From a virus (lineage: Duplodnaviria; Caudoviricetes), in the IMG/VR virus record IMGVR_UViG_2895548450_000001, positions 26,778 through 90,777 of that record: a stretch of DNA of 64,000 bases; one strand, given 5' to 3'. The notes below the pieces were generated by a model. The model was not told where the DNA came from. It ran no database searches and worked only from the letters and a program-made list of their open reading frames with translations. Positions 19,950 to 28,901 of the stretch are shown here, in pieces. How positions within the stretch are numbered: the first letter of the stretch is position 1; each line of letters begins with the position of its first letter. A program made the position numbers and the translations under genes.

Positions 19950-20285
19950 ATGAAAGTTGAAGAACTCTTAGACATTGTGGCGAGTCAGGAATGTTTATTT
20001 GGAAGTAGTACAAGACTAACTTTGTTAAGAGAAAAAGCCCTCGTTTCTAAAGTTGAACTTTATGCTGCGGGATGCCGATTAGGGGTTTTTAGGGGTTATG
20101 GCTTGGAATCTCGGATAAATCTTCAAACCTTGAGAGCCCGACTAAATAGTTGCAACCCTCAGACAATAATAACCTCAACACATAAGTCGTTCCCAAGATT
20201 CAAAATCGGTTTCTTAGACTACGAAGAGGGTTGGGTTGAAACTGTGACGTCTGAAGAACTGGGGCTAAGTGAGGACCCGAAATGA
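19950..20285 (+). CDS. Hypothetical protein
   Basis: Abuts upstream stop. Confidence 0.6.
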   Translation: MKVEELLDIVASQECLFGSSTRLTLLREKALVSKVELYAAGCRLGVFRGYGLESRINLQTLRARLNSCNPQTIITSTHKSFPRFKIGFLDYEEGWVETVTSEELGLSEDPK

Positions 20286-20524
20286 AATACGAACTGGTAT
20301 ATCACGATAGGTTTACTCACGAACGTCGGACGCAAAATTTCTTTGCCCCGAACCCAGATAAGGCAAAAGAGCACGCTGACCGTATGTGTGAGCGACGTAA
20401 TGTGTCTTACTGTTTAGTAGATGCAAATGGTAGAACGTGGGAGCGAGATTATAGTCGAGATACTATGAAGCTCTACGATTGGTTTGAAGTAACAACACAA
20501 AGCCCGATACGGGTTGCAAGCTAA
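20282..20524 (+). CDS. Hypothetical protein
   Basis: GAGG RBS, ATGA overlap. Confidence 0.65.
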   Translation: MKYELVYHDRFTHERRTQNFFAPNPDKAKEHADRMCERRNVSYCLVDANGRTWERDYSRDTMKLYDWFEVTTQSPIRVAS

Positions 20525-20535
20525 GGAAATTGATG

Positions 20536-20814
20536 ATGTGTAACTGTTTTGAAGAAACAATGGAAAAAGTAACCGAGCATGTTAAAGAGCAATTGCCGGA
20601 CAACGTGGAAGAATTTAAAGCCGAATGGCAGGGCCGAGCTTATATGCTTGCGGAAGGTCAGTATGCTCCAACCAGCCCTAAAATTGAATACGAGTATCGG
20701 CCTATGAAGCGAGACGGTACCCCGCAAAAGAATCTTAAGAAAGATTCAATAACGATACTAGCAAGCCATTGCTGCTATTGTGGTGAGAAGTTCGAACGAC
20801 CTCAAACGTCGTAA
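20536..20814 (+). CDS. Small Cys-containing phage protein
   Basis: MCNC...CCYCG; start motif variant. Confidence 0.7.
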   Translation: MCNCFEETMEKVTEHVKEQLPDNVEEFKAEWQGRAYMLAEGQYAPTSPKIEYEYRPMKRDGTPQKNLKKDSITILASHCCYCGEKFERPQTS

Positions 20815-20872
20815 CTCTCGGGGGAGAATATTCCCCCCTCTTAATTAACTTTTAAATTGGAAATTGACAATT

Positions 20873-21676
20873 ATGACTGATGTTAAACGTATCAATAAAC
20901 AGGCTACGGCCACGATGCTATTTGTAATTGCTGACGCGATCACACAACCACGCTTCGTAAAGTTCTTAGAAGATAACACCTCGCGCTTTGGCTCAGATGG
21001 TACCGGTACCGTTGAAGAGCTTCACGACAAACTACGCCACAATTTTGATTTTCAACTCAAGCAAGCCGTGAGTGTGTTTTCAGAACACTATTCAGTTTTA
21101 AGCTGGGAAGAAAAGCTGCAAATGATAAGCGAAAAGCTTATCGACTTAGGCAACCGAACGTCTCTTAAGTGGCGCGTAAAGCTACACCAAAGCAGCAAGA
21201 AATTTATTGTCCCTCGAGGGGTGAGTGTATCGAAAGCCCTAACGGACTTAATGTTAAGTGCTCAACCTCACCGAATTATTTTAGCCCAGTCTAGAACCCC
21301 TACTCACCCAGACCACGACTGGCGTTGGGGTGGTGATATTGCCAAGGTCGATATTTTTCTAGCCTCGCTATATAGTTTCGTTATTGCCAAAGACACGCTG
21401 GCCTACGACACAGGCATGGTGTTCTTTGAAGACGTATTAACCGAGTTTGGCAATAAAATCGAATGGTTCGTGAAGGGCTACCCCCACGACTTATTGGTTG
21501 TTGACCGCATGATAAACGCGGGGGCACAGCGTAAAGACTATCAAGGTATAGGATTACGCACGGAGTTCTGTTCTACGTGGTCTATCACTTCCGAAACTAA
21601 AAATATCTTGGTTAGTAACGGGTATCGAGAACTACGCCATAAAACGTATGGCCGAACTAAACAGGTGGCCGCATGA
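20873..21676 (+). CDS. Hypothetical protein
   Basis: 267 aa after palindrome and motif variant. Confidence 0.75.
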   Translation: MTDVKRINKQATATMLFVIADAITQPRFVKFLEDNTSRFGSDGTGTVEELHDKLRHNFDFQLKQAVSVFSEHYSVLSWEEKLQMISEKLIDLGNRTSLKWRVKLHQSSKKFIVPRGVSVSKALTDLMLSAQPHRIILAQSRTPTHPDHDWRWGGDIAKVDIFLASLYSFVIAKDTLAYDTGMVFFEDVLTEFGNKIEWFVKGYPHDLLVVDRMINAGAQRKDYQGIGLRTEFCSTWSITSETKNILVSNGYRELRHKTYGRTKQVAA

Positions 21677-21903
21677 AGAACAACTGTGAAAACCCAGAGT
21701 ATGACAATTCTCTAGGTGAAGCTATTTGCGCGGAATCCCCGACCTTCAACCAAATTGTGGGCGAAGCTTTAAACGACGACTTTTTTGATGAGTCTTTTGT
21801 GGATGTTGAGTTTTGGCTTTCTTCACTCACTCACAAAGGCAAGCGTGTTCAAGTGCAATTGAAAGTAACCGCTGACCCTGAAGACTTTATAGACGAGAAC
21901 TAA
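21673..21903 (+). CDS. Acidic hypothetical protein
   Basis: ATGA overlap, Asp/Glu-rich. Confidence 0.65.
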   Translation: MKNNCENPEYDNSLGEAICAESPTFNQIVGEALNDDFFDESFVDVEFWLSSLTHKGKRVQVQLKVTADPEDFIDEN

Positions 21904-21906
21904 ATT

Positions 21907-23058
21907 ATGATGGATAAAATTGAATACAAACTCCTGGCCTCTCGAGGCGTGCAAGGTTCAAGACCTTTTTACCAAGTGCTTATCCCTTTGCGCCAGTTGA
22001 GTTCGCTTTTGAAACTAGATGATCATTGGGATATCACTAAACGTAGCCAACGATTAGTAAATGTCCCGCGTGCTAAGAAGTTCGCAAAGTATCTAATTGA
22101 GAATCACAAAAACGATACGATGTTTGTCGTTCCCCCTCTAGTGGGCTCGTTGGAAGGAGACTTTGACTTCGTTGAAGTGCAAATGGACCAGTATCGAAAC
22201 ATAGGCCATCTGCGTGTGGACCTCGATGCTCAAATGCTTTTGTTTGATGGCCAGCACCGAGCAAAAGGGGTTCAACTGGCTTTGCAAGAATATCCGATGC
22301 TTCAAAACAGCCAAGTATCGATTATGCTTTTCCCGATGCTGGATTTATCTGAAAGACAACAAGCATTCCACGATATTAATTCGATGCAAAAGGTACCGGT
22401 TGACTCTATCCGCATTGCATACAACAACGCGGACCCGATAGCGTCGACATTGATGGATACGGTACAAGCTTCAGATATTCGTGCTGTGGTTGAGTATGAG
22501 AAGAACAGTTGTACGGGGGACTCAGATAAATTCTGGGCACTAAAACAGCTCAATGAGTTTGCCAAGCTATTTTGTGGTAAAGACAACTCACCGGAGCGCA
22601 TGGCGGAATATTTAAAAGTCTTCTTAGACAAAATGTTTATCAGCCAAAAACTACGGCAGTTATATACGTCACACCCACATGCTTGTAAGGAATATATACA
22701 CCCGTCGGCCCAGTTCACGAGACAACTCTATATTCTTCCTTTCACCGTGACACTGAAGGCGTTAGCCCTGCTTTTTCGAAAAGCGGAGGAACTTGAAATT
22801 GGCCCTGAAGTGCTAAGTAACTTCTTAGAAGAAAGTAGCCCCAGTAATCATAAAAACTGGCACTACTTCGACAAAGACAACGGCAAGTGGGAACATCGTT
22901 GTGTATCTCATGACTACAAAATGAAGAGTAATGCGGTTGCGGTGCGAATGACGTACTATCAACTGGCTAAAGACGCGGGGATTGAGTTGTCTGAAGAAGA
23001 ACTCGCGGAAGAAGAAAAGGTCCTGGCTGAAGCAAAAGCGATTGCTGCAGCCGTTTAA
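21907..23058 (+). CDS. DGQHR-domain (DndB-like) protein
   Basis: SQR, FDGQHR, QQAFHDIN motifs. Confidence 0.85.
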   Translation: MMDKIEYKLLASRGVQGSRPFYQVLIPLRQLSSLLKLDDHWDITKRSQRLVNVPRAKKFAKYLIENHKNDTMFVVPPLVGSLEGDFDFVEVQMDQYRNIGHLRVDLDAQMLLFDGQHRAKGVQLALQEYPMLQNSQVSIMLFPMLDLSERQQAFHDINSMQKVPVDSIRIAYNNADPIASTLMDTVQASDIRAVVEYEKNSCTGDSDKFWALKQLNEFAKLFCGKDNSPERMAEYLKVFLDKMFISQKLRQLYTSHPHACKEYIHPSAQFTRQLYILPFTVTLKALALLFRKAEELEIGPEVLSNFLEESSPSNHKNWHYFDKDNGKWEHRCVSHDYKMKSNAVAVRMTYYQLAKDAGIELSEEELAEEEKVLAEAKAIAAAV

Positions 23059-23117
23059 CTTAGGGGGGAATGTTCTCCCCCTTCAATTAACTTTTAACAA
23101 TTTGGAAATTGACGATT

Positions 23118-24503
23118 ATGACTAATCAAACTATTGCTACAAAACACGAAGATATCGAACGCGCCACTTACTCACCAGAAGATAACAAGCTTCGTATTTA
23201 TCCGCTCTGCCGCTTAGACACCGACCTTTATAACGAGCTTAAGGAACTGGGCTTTGGTTGGGCGCCAAAACAAGAACTCTTCGTTAAACCCTCTTGGTCC
23301 CCTGAAGCGGAAGATTTATGTATTCGCTTGGCCGGCACGATTGAACCTGAAGACACGACGATGGCCGAACGTGCAGAAGTGAAGGCTGAGCGTCTAAGAG
23401 CCCTTGCTGAAAAGCGTGCTGACCAAGCACGAGGTTTTAGTGCCGCTGCGAACAGTATGGAGTTTGGTGATCAACCTATTCTCATGGGCCATCACAGCCA
23501 GCGTAAAATGCAGAAAGCGCAAGAAGCCCAAGAGCGTAACGAAGAACGCGCCAAGGAAGCCAGCTCAGCGGTTCGCTATTGGAACTGGCGCATGATGGGT
23601 ACCATTGCTCATGCTAACCACAAAAATCGCCCTGACGTTATCTACCGTCGCATTAAAACTCTACTTACTGATTTGCGTAAGCAACAGCGTTATTTGCACG
23701 CTGCTGGCGATTGTCTATCTCTTTGGGAACGCTGCAAAGGTATGGAGGATGCCGAGAAGCAAAAAGGTTTTGCGTTAATGATTGCCAATTACCGTTGGGA
23801 TATCTGTGTTTCAGACAGTCACCGCGACATTAAGGAAGATAGAAAGCCTTTAAACGAAATCATCGACGCCAATATTGAGTTAGGTACCAAGCGTAAGAAC
23901 GACCAGAACCTACACCGCAAGATAAACCATATCTTGAACCGTCTTACTTACGAACGGGCTCAACTGGGCGAAGTCGAATACTACACAGGGAAAATTACCG
24001 GCCCCGTATTACAAACGTTTCTTAGAACGCACGGTGCAGATAAACCGAAGGCTACCAAGTCGGACTTTGGCTGGATTGTGGAGTGTGACAACGACCTACC
24101 TATCCATATTGGGTCGGGTTCTACCTTAGAGCTTGAAGAAATTGAATGGCGAGACTTGATGATGGATGTTGGTTATGAAGTACCGGTCTCTAAACCTAAG
24201 GCTCCACCAATTCTTAACCTGTCACCGGAAGAAGTAAAAAGCGTGACGGTGAAAATGTGGGGCAACGTGAACAAGTATTCTATCGTCTCAATGACGAAAG
24301 CAGAGTATTCGGCTACGCATAGTGAACAGCGAGGCGTGAAGCCGAGCATCTGTGGCCAGTTCCGAGTAAAAGTTTGTCGAATTGTCCCCAAAGGCCAGGA
24401 TTATTGGAAAGGCGAATGGTCGGCAGTTTACCTAACTGACTCGAAGACGCACGCCGCGCCGAATTCAACCGCTCTTGAGTATGTGGAAGTGGAGACAGCC
24501 TAA
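23118..24503 (+). CDS. DUF3560-family protein
   Basis: ATYSPEDNKLR N-terminus and QPILMGHHS motif. Confidence 0.8.
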   Translation: MTNQTIATKHEDIERATYSPEDNKLRIYPLCRLDTDLYNELKELGFGWAPKQELFVKPSWSPEAEDLCIRLAGTIEPEDTTMAERAEVKAERLRALAEKRADQARGFSAAANSMEFGDQPILMGHHSQRKMQKAQEAQERNEERAKEASSAVRYWNWRMMGTIAHANHKNRPDVIYRRIKTLLTDLRKQQRYLHAAGDCLSLWERCKGMEDAEKQKGFALMIANYRWDICVSDSHRDIKEDRKPLNEIIDANIELGTKRKNDQNLHRKINHILNRLTYERAQLGEVEYYTGKITGPVLQTFLRTHGADKPKATKSDFGWIVECDNDLPIHIGSGSTLELEEIEWRDLMMDVGYEVPVSKPKAPPILNLSPEEVKSVTVKMWGNVNKYSIVSMTKAEYSATHSEQRGVKPSICGQFRVKVCRIVPKGQDYWKGEWSAVYLTDSKTHAAPNSTALEYVEVETA

Positions 24504-25120
24504 TGGACTCATCTGTTTATGTAAGACCGAACAAACCAAAGCATGTTACCGCGCCTGAAAAAGTAGAACTCGAGCCTATCGAGTTCTCCGAGGCCCCTAA
24601 ACCTGTTGTGGTTCATGCCTCAACGGAATGCCACGTTACGCCTCCGGCGGTAGCTGCGCGTATGGCCGAACTCTTAGAGCTGGAACCGGACGATAAGGTT
24701 CTCGAACCTTCAGGTGGTACCGGTAATTTGGTTCAGGCTGTTATAGCTAAGGGTCACGATGCGGACCGAATAAACGTTGTGGAGCGAGACTACTCCTTAA
24801 TTCAAGCGTTGTTGTCTCGTTTTAGTATGGCGGATAGTGACGGGGTTACCCCTTTGATTTACCACGAAGACTTTCTTACCTGGGCAGAGGCCCGTTACAA
24901 CGCAGGGTATCGTTATGAAAAGATCATAATGAATCCACCATTCAAACAGGTAAAAGCGCACATGGAAGCCGCACGTAAGTTACTTCGCTTCACTGGGGTT
25001 CTTGTTGCAGTGGTACCCACGACGTTCGACCACCCCAGTTATGAGGAAGTTGAGACGTTACCTAGTGACACGTTTAGCACCTGTAAGGTGTTTACTAAAA
25101 TCGTGCGGTACGAGGCGTAA
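24503..25120 (+). CDS. SAM-dependent amino-methyltransferase (likely N6-adenine DNA)
   Basis: LEPSGGTG, MNPPF; coupled to DUF3560 gene. Confidence 0.85.
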   Translation: MDSSVYVRPNKPKHVTAPEKVELEPIEFSEAPKPVVVHASTECHVTPPAVAARMAELLELEPDDKVLEPSGGTGNLVQAVIAKGHDADRINVVERDYSLIQALLSRFSMADSDGVTPLIYHEDFLTWAEARYNAGYRYEKIIMNPPFKQVKAHMEAARKLLRFTGVLVAVVPTTFDHPSYEEVETLPSDTFSTCKVFTKIVRYEA

Positions 25121-25122
25121 TC

Positions 25123-25314
25123 ATGGCAATACTTAAAGTTGAATGGGTGATAAAGAAGCACCCCAAACGAAAGGTATCCGCCGATGTTGACCGGCTACTA
25201 ACATGCCGGTGTTTACCTGAAATCACAAATTATATTTGTGAAGACCATATGGAGGGCCGAGTCGAAACCGAGTACGACGGTGAAGCCTATTATGGGGTTT
25301 GGATGTTGGTCTAA
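25123..25314 (+). CDS. Hypothetical protein
   Basis: GAGG RBS; ends at palindrome. Confidence 0.6.
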   Translation: MAILKVEWVIKKHPKRKVSADVDRLLTCRCLPEITNYICEDHMEGRVETEYDGEAYYGVWMLV

Positions 25315-25370
25315 ACCTTAACGGGGGGAATGTTCTCCCCCCCTTTTAATTAACTTGTTGGAAATTGACG

Positions 25371-25817
25371 ATGAAACGTATTAGTAATTTTGATTTTGAA
25401 TTAAACCTATCCCATGCCGGAGAAGCTACCGACGACACGACTAAGATGAAGCGCGAGATTATTCGTGTTTTAAAAGCCACTATTGCAGAACTTGAGGGAG
25501 GTGTGGGCGATAGCGAGGAATTCTGGAAGAAGTCTTTCAACGATATTAACGGACGTCCCTTTGGTAATGCGTATCTTAATGTTGAAGAAATGGACTGGAT
25601 TTCAGACTGGGACGAATGGATTGAACACTGCAAAGAATATATCAAAGAGCACGGCTTCTACCTAGAGCAGGAAAGCACCACTATCTATGAGTGGGACACG
25701 TTAGCAGAACTTGACGAAACGGCTTTAGCGGAGTGGTTCAGTAATTACACGGACAGTTCAGTAACAAGCGAGATAGTTTGCCCTGAAGCGCGTAACTGGG
25801 GATGGGATAGCGAATGA
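25371..25817 (+). CDS. Acidic hypothetical protein
   Basis: Start motif; Trp/Asp/Glu-rich. Confidence 0.75.
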   Translation: MKRISNFDFELNLSHAGEATDDTTKMKREIIRVLKATIAELEGGVGDSEEFWKKSFNDINGRPFGNAYLNVEEMDWISDWDEWIEHCKEYIKEHGFYLEQESTTIYEWDTLAELDETALAEWFSNYTDSSVTSEIVCPEARNWGWDSE

Positions 25818-26026
25818 GTGATAAAGACTTAGGCACCCTGCTTCGAGCTAAAGAGATTCTTAACGGTTACTTTCTCCCTCGACCTTTCGAGTCGGCGGAG
25901 AAAGCCTTGAACCGCGCTAAGAATGAAGCTATTCAAAATCTACAAAAGCAAATTGTAGATATCCGTAATTTAACCAGTGAAGAGTTCTACACTTCTTCAG
26001 AGAAGGAAATTGACGATGCCTGTTAG
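25814..26026 (+). CDS. Hypothetical protein
   Basis: ATGA overlap. Confidence 0.65.
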   Translation: MSDKDLGTLLRAKEILNGYFLPRPFESAEKALNRAKNEAIQNLQKQIVDIRNLTSEEFYTSSEKEIDDAC

Positions 26027-26363
26027 TGAAAAAGACAAGCAAGCTATTCTTGAAGAAATAAACGCGGCATTCATAGGCCATTGCGTTAGAGCGTACATTA
26101 GTTTGCTAAACCCGAGCCTTAAAGCTTTTATAGAAGCGAACCTCGATGAGATAGACCCCCCGGTTGTGTTTATTGATAACGATATCGATATGGGGGCCGC
26201 GTCCCGAGCTAGAAACTCTTTGAAGCCTACCTTGTTCGTGTTTACCGAGAACATGAGAGCCGACTCATATATAACGAGTTGTGCAGACAAAGTAGAAATT
26301 CCTGAAGAGCTTCGATTGCGGGTTCTTGATGCGTGGTATGAAGCACAAAAAGCCACAGCGTAG
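26016..26363 (+). CDS. Hypothetical protein
   Basis: Start motif; start corrected. Confidence 0.7.
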   Translation: MPVSEKDKQAILEEINAAFIGHCVRAYISLLNPSLKAFIEANLDEIDPPVVFIDNDIDMGAASRARNSLKPTLFVFTENMRADSYITSCADKVEIPEELRLRVLDAWYEAQKATA

Positions 26364-26422
26364 TAACACATTCAAGGGGGGGAATGTTCTCCCCTTTTTA
26401 ATTAACTTGTTGGAGATTGACG

Positions 26423-27262
26423 ATGCACCCTGAATTAACAAAACAACTGAAAGCAAACTGCCAAAAACTAGGTCTAGATTTCAACGCACTTGACTTGATT
26501 GGCGAATCTGAAACCCAGATTAGAGATATCACAATTAAGATTGAGCGTGATGAGGATGCGGAGAGCCCTCGAGAGTGGGACAACGTAGGAAAAATGGTGT
26601 GCTGGCACCGTAATTATAGATTAGGTGACGAACAGCCTTCAGGGAGCCACGAAGATTATCGTATTGGCATGGTAGAAGCGGTTGAGCCAGGGTTTGAAGA
26701 TATGCTTCAACGTCTAGAGCATAACTGGCCCTCAACAAACTGGGATGCCGCGGGGACTAAAGAGTATCAAGAGCTGGTTGAAGCGAAGATAGCGGCGAGA
26801 CTTGAGAAATATTACTTTATGCTGCCGCTTTATCTATATGACCATTCAGGCATTACTATGAATACAAGTGGGTTCTCGTGCTCTTGGGACTCGGGCCAAG
26901 TAGGTTTCATCTATGTGTCGAAAGAAAGAGCCCGTGAACAGTATGGATTTAAGCGGTTAACTAAAGAGCGCGTCCAAAAGGTTTATGATTACTTAGACAG
27001 TGAAGTTAAGACCTATGCTTCTTATCTTGAAGGTAATGTTTATGGCTACGTTATTGAAGGTGGTGATATCGATGATTCGTGCTGGGGATATGTCGGCCCA
27101 GATGGTGAAGGTTGGGCATTGTCCGAAGCCTTAGCTATTTTGGCCACCCACAAAAAACAGCGTGTGGAAAGCCGAGTTGACAAAATTAAGACTTGGATCA
27201 AAAACCAAGTACCCTTGCTAAAACGTCGCGAACTGGCAACAGACCTACCAATATTGTTATAG
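26423..27262 (+). CDS. Conserved phage hypothetical protein
   Basis: SPREWDN, LPLYLYDHSG, WDSGQVGFIY motifs. Confidence 0.8.
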   Translation: MHPELTKQLKANCQKLGLDFNALDLIGESETQIRDITIKIERDEDAESPREWDNVGKMVCWHRNYRLGDEQPSGSHEDYRIGMVEAVEPGFEDMLQRLEHNWPSTNWDAAGTKEYQELVEAKIAARLEKYYFMLPLYLYDHSGITMNTSGFSCSWDSGQVGFIYVSKERAREQYGFKRLTKERVQKVYDYLDSEVKTYASYLEGNVYGYVIEGGDIDDSCWGYVGPDGEGWALSEALAILATHKKQRVESRVDKIKTWIKNQVPLLKRRELATDLPILL

Positions 27263-27268
27263 TGATCA

Positions 27269-27300
27269 CGAAATGTTGCCGTAGCTTAGGCAACATTTCG
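27269..27300 (+). terminator. Hairpin closing the early gene array
   Basis: CGAAATGTTGCC/GGCAACATTTCG 12-bp stem; weak T tail. Confidence 0.5.
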
Positions 27301-27415
27301 CCTCTTAGATCACTCTATTTCGCCTTAAACCGTCTAAAAACCTTAGACTTTAGTTTTAGGCATACGCTTTGCAATTGACTCCATATAAACAAAACAATCC
27401 AAATGGAGAAACACA

Positions 27416-27568
27416 ATGAAGAAGTTAGGATTTGCAATCGCGCTAGTATTAGGAATGGGTTCTACAATGGCTATGGCAGACGTTGAGAGCAACGTAGTGG
27501 TCCCTAAACCGTCGGATACACCAAAGACTAAATCGCTCAAGCCAAAGAAGCCTACCGTAGGTTTTTAA
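27416..27568 (+). CDS. 50-aa secreted peptide precursor (not in ORF track)
   Basis: GGAG RBS; MKKLGFAIALVLGMGSTMAMA|DVESNVVVPKPSDTPKTKSLKPKKPTVGF, Sec signal with AxA site. Confidence 0.8.
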   Translation: MKKLGFAIALVLGMGSTMAMADVESNVVVPKPSDTPKTKSLKPKKPTVGF

Positions 27569-27578
27569 AGCAGAACAA

Positions 27579-27603
27579 AAAAGAGCGGCTAAGCCGCTCT
27601 TTT
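27579..27603. terminator. Bidirectional terminator between convergent genes
   Basis: AAAAGAGCGGCT-A-AGCCGCTCTTTT. Confidence 0.75.
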
Positions 27604-28347
27604 AAATAGAACCTCGAGTTTTCTTGGAATAGACCCCGCGAGGTCTTTAACGTAGCACTCTTGAATACTGGCATGAAACAATAAAGCTAAAAGCATAAGC
27701 GTTTGAGTTACAAAGACCACGTTAAACAAGAAATAGAAGCTCGGTAAATGCAACGCATACTCGATATCTACTAAACGGTAATCATAGAGCAAAGGCCCAG
27801 TCTCATGAATACCAAAATGTATCGTAAAGATATGATAGTAAGCCGCGACACAAAAACAAACGTACCACCCCGCTTTGTAAATAAGCGTTAAGGCTGTACC
27901 TAAATTGGTGTCCTCTGTCTTATCTAGAAGATATAAACCCGCGCTACGAAATTTTTCTGTTTTAATTAATTGCTCCCCTAACCAGAACTGGAACTTAACT
28001 CGGTAAGAGTATATAAGCACCGTAATAATGCCTGGGGCGTAAGTCATAGCAATCGCCGTATGAAGCGTTGGCGAAAGCGAAAACATAAAACTGGAAATCA
28101 CTTGCTCGAAAATCGAGGCCAGAACAATTAACCCGAGTACGGCGCGATTATTAAAACCACGAATCATGATGCCAGCGAGTATCACACAAGTGAACATAAC
28201 AGAGTAGTAGCTGACAAGATCAGAAATGGAGTTTAATGCCCACTGTCCGTTGTCTAGAAAATTATTGAGCACCGCTACAAATATGAGAAGTGATGATACA
28301 AAGAGTGAGAATCTTAACCCGTAGGTTTTGAAGAAATGTCGATACAT
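27589..28347 (-). CDS. Multi-pass (~6 TM) membrane protein
   Basis: About six hydrophobic segments; starts 4 bp after the HTH gene stop. Confidence 0.8.
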   Translation of the reverse strand: MYRHFFKTYGLRFSLFVSSLLIFVAVLNNFLDNGQWALNSISDLVSYYSVMFTCVILAGIMIRGFNNRAVLGLIVLASIFEQVISSFMFSLSPTLHTAIAMTYAPGIITVLIYSYRVKFQFWLGEQLIKTEKFRSAGLYLLDKTEDTNLGTALTLIYKAGWYVCFCVAAYYHIFTIHFGIHETGPLLYDYRLVDIEYALHLPSFYFLFNVVFVTQTLMLLALLFHASIQECYVKDLAGSIPRKLEVLFKRAA

Positions 28348-28351
28348 TGAC

Positions 28352-28720
28352 TTACTCCCAGAACGTTGTCAGAAAACGTCTAAAGTCCGAAAACGGGATA
28401 TCAGATAACGTTATCTTACTAACTACAGACCCTAAGCTCTTTTTCATGTGAGCACGCTTAGCGATTTGTTGGTACCAGTAAAATTCTTCGGTGGGGATTT
28501 TTCCGTATCGTTCAGCGTTAGATATCGTGTTCTTGTGTACGTCAGCAGCGATAGCTAACTCTTCTTGGGTTAACCGATAGTTCTGACGCATTTGCTTAAA
28601 CTTTCGAGCCATAATGCGGCGTCTTTCGAGTTCCCAAGGGGGTTCTAAATTATCGTCAATTTTTCTAGACAAGGCGTGTACTCCATCAAGGCCATATTGT
28701 AAATCTTTTACTACAGACAA
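28352..28720 (-). CDS. XRE-family HTH regulator, candidate prophage repressor (start TTG 28720 or ATG 28612)
   Basis: RQNYRLTQEELAIAADVHKNTISNAERYG; divergent from replication genes; no S24 peptidase domain. Confidence 0.8.
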   Translation of the reverse strand: MSVVKDLQYGLDGVHALSRKIDDNLEPPWELERRRIMARKFKQMRQNYRLTQEELAIAADVHKNTISNAERYGKIPTEEFYWYQQIAKRAHMKKSLGSVVSKITLSDIPFSDFRRFLTTFWE

Positions 28721-28749
28721 AAACGGACAAATAATAACCTATTAAATTA

Positions 28750-28856
28750 ATTAAATAAAGTTAATTTATTTAATATTTATAAAAACACAAATTGATTGTG
28801 TTTTTACAAAATAACTGCGTTTCTGACTTGATATACGAAAGTTGAAAGCGTAGTTT
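28750..28856. promoter_or_regulatory. Divergent control region with palindromes and sigma70-like promoter
   Basis: ATTAAATAAA-N5-TTTATTTAAT 28750; AAAAACACA-N7-TGTGTTTTT 28781-28805; TTGATA-17-TAGTTT 28828-28856. Confidence 0.65.
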
Positions 28857-28901
28857 TATCTCTGCCTACGGGCTTAACTTTAAAATTTGGAAATTGACGA
28901 T

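Larger units (their letters stand above)
10955..26394. repeat. Dispersed family of 12 intergenic G6-AACATT/AATGTT-C6 palindromes
   Basis: Copies start at 10955, 11731, 11993, 12296, 12790, 14944, 16319, 18786, 20820, 23063, 25323, 26376. Confidence 0.95.

Noticed and set aside
10955-26394. Palindromes as a CRISPR array or integron attC sites
   Set aside because: Spacing is 0.26-2.5 kb with whole genes between; no cas genes, no GTTRRRY boxes, no integron-type integrase recognised
10955-26394. Palindromes as ordinary intrinsic terminators
   Set aside because: Most lack a U-tract, the core sequence is conserved, and a real terminator sits just after the 11731 copy
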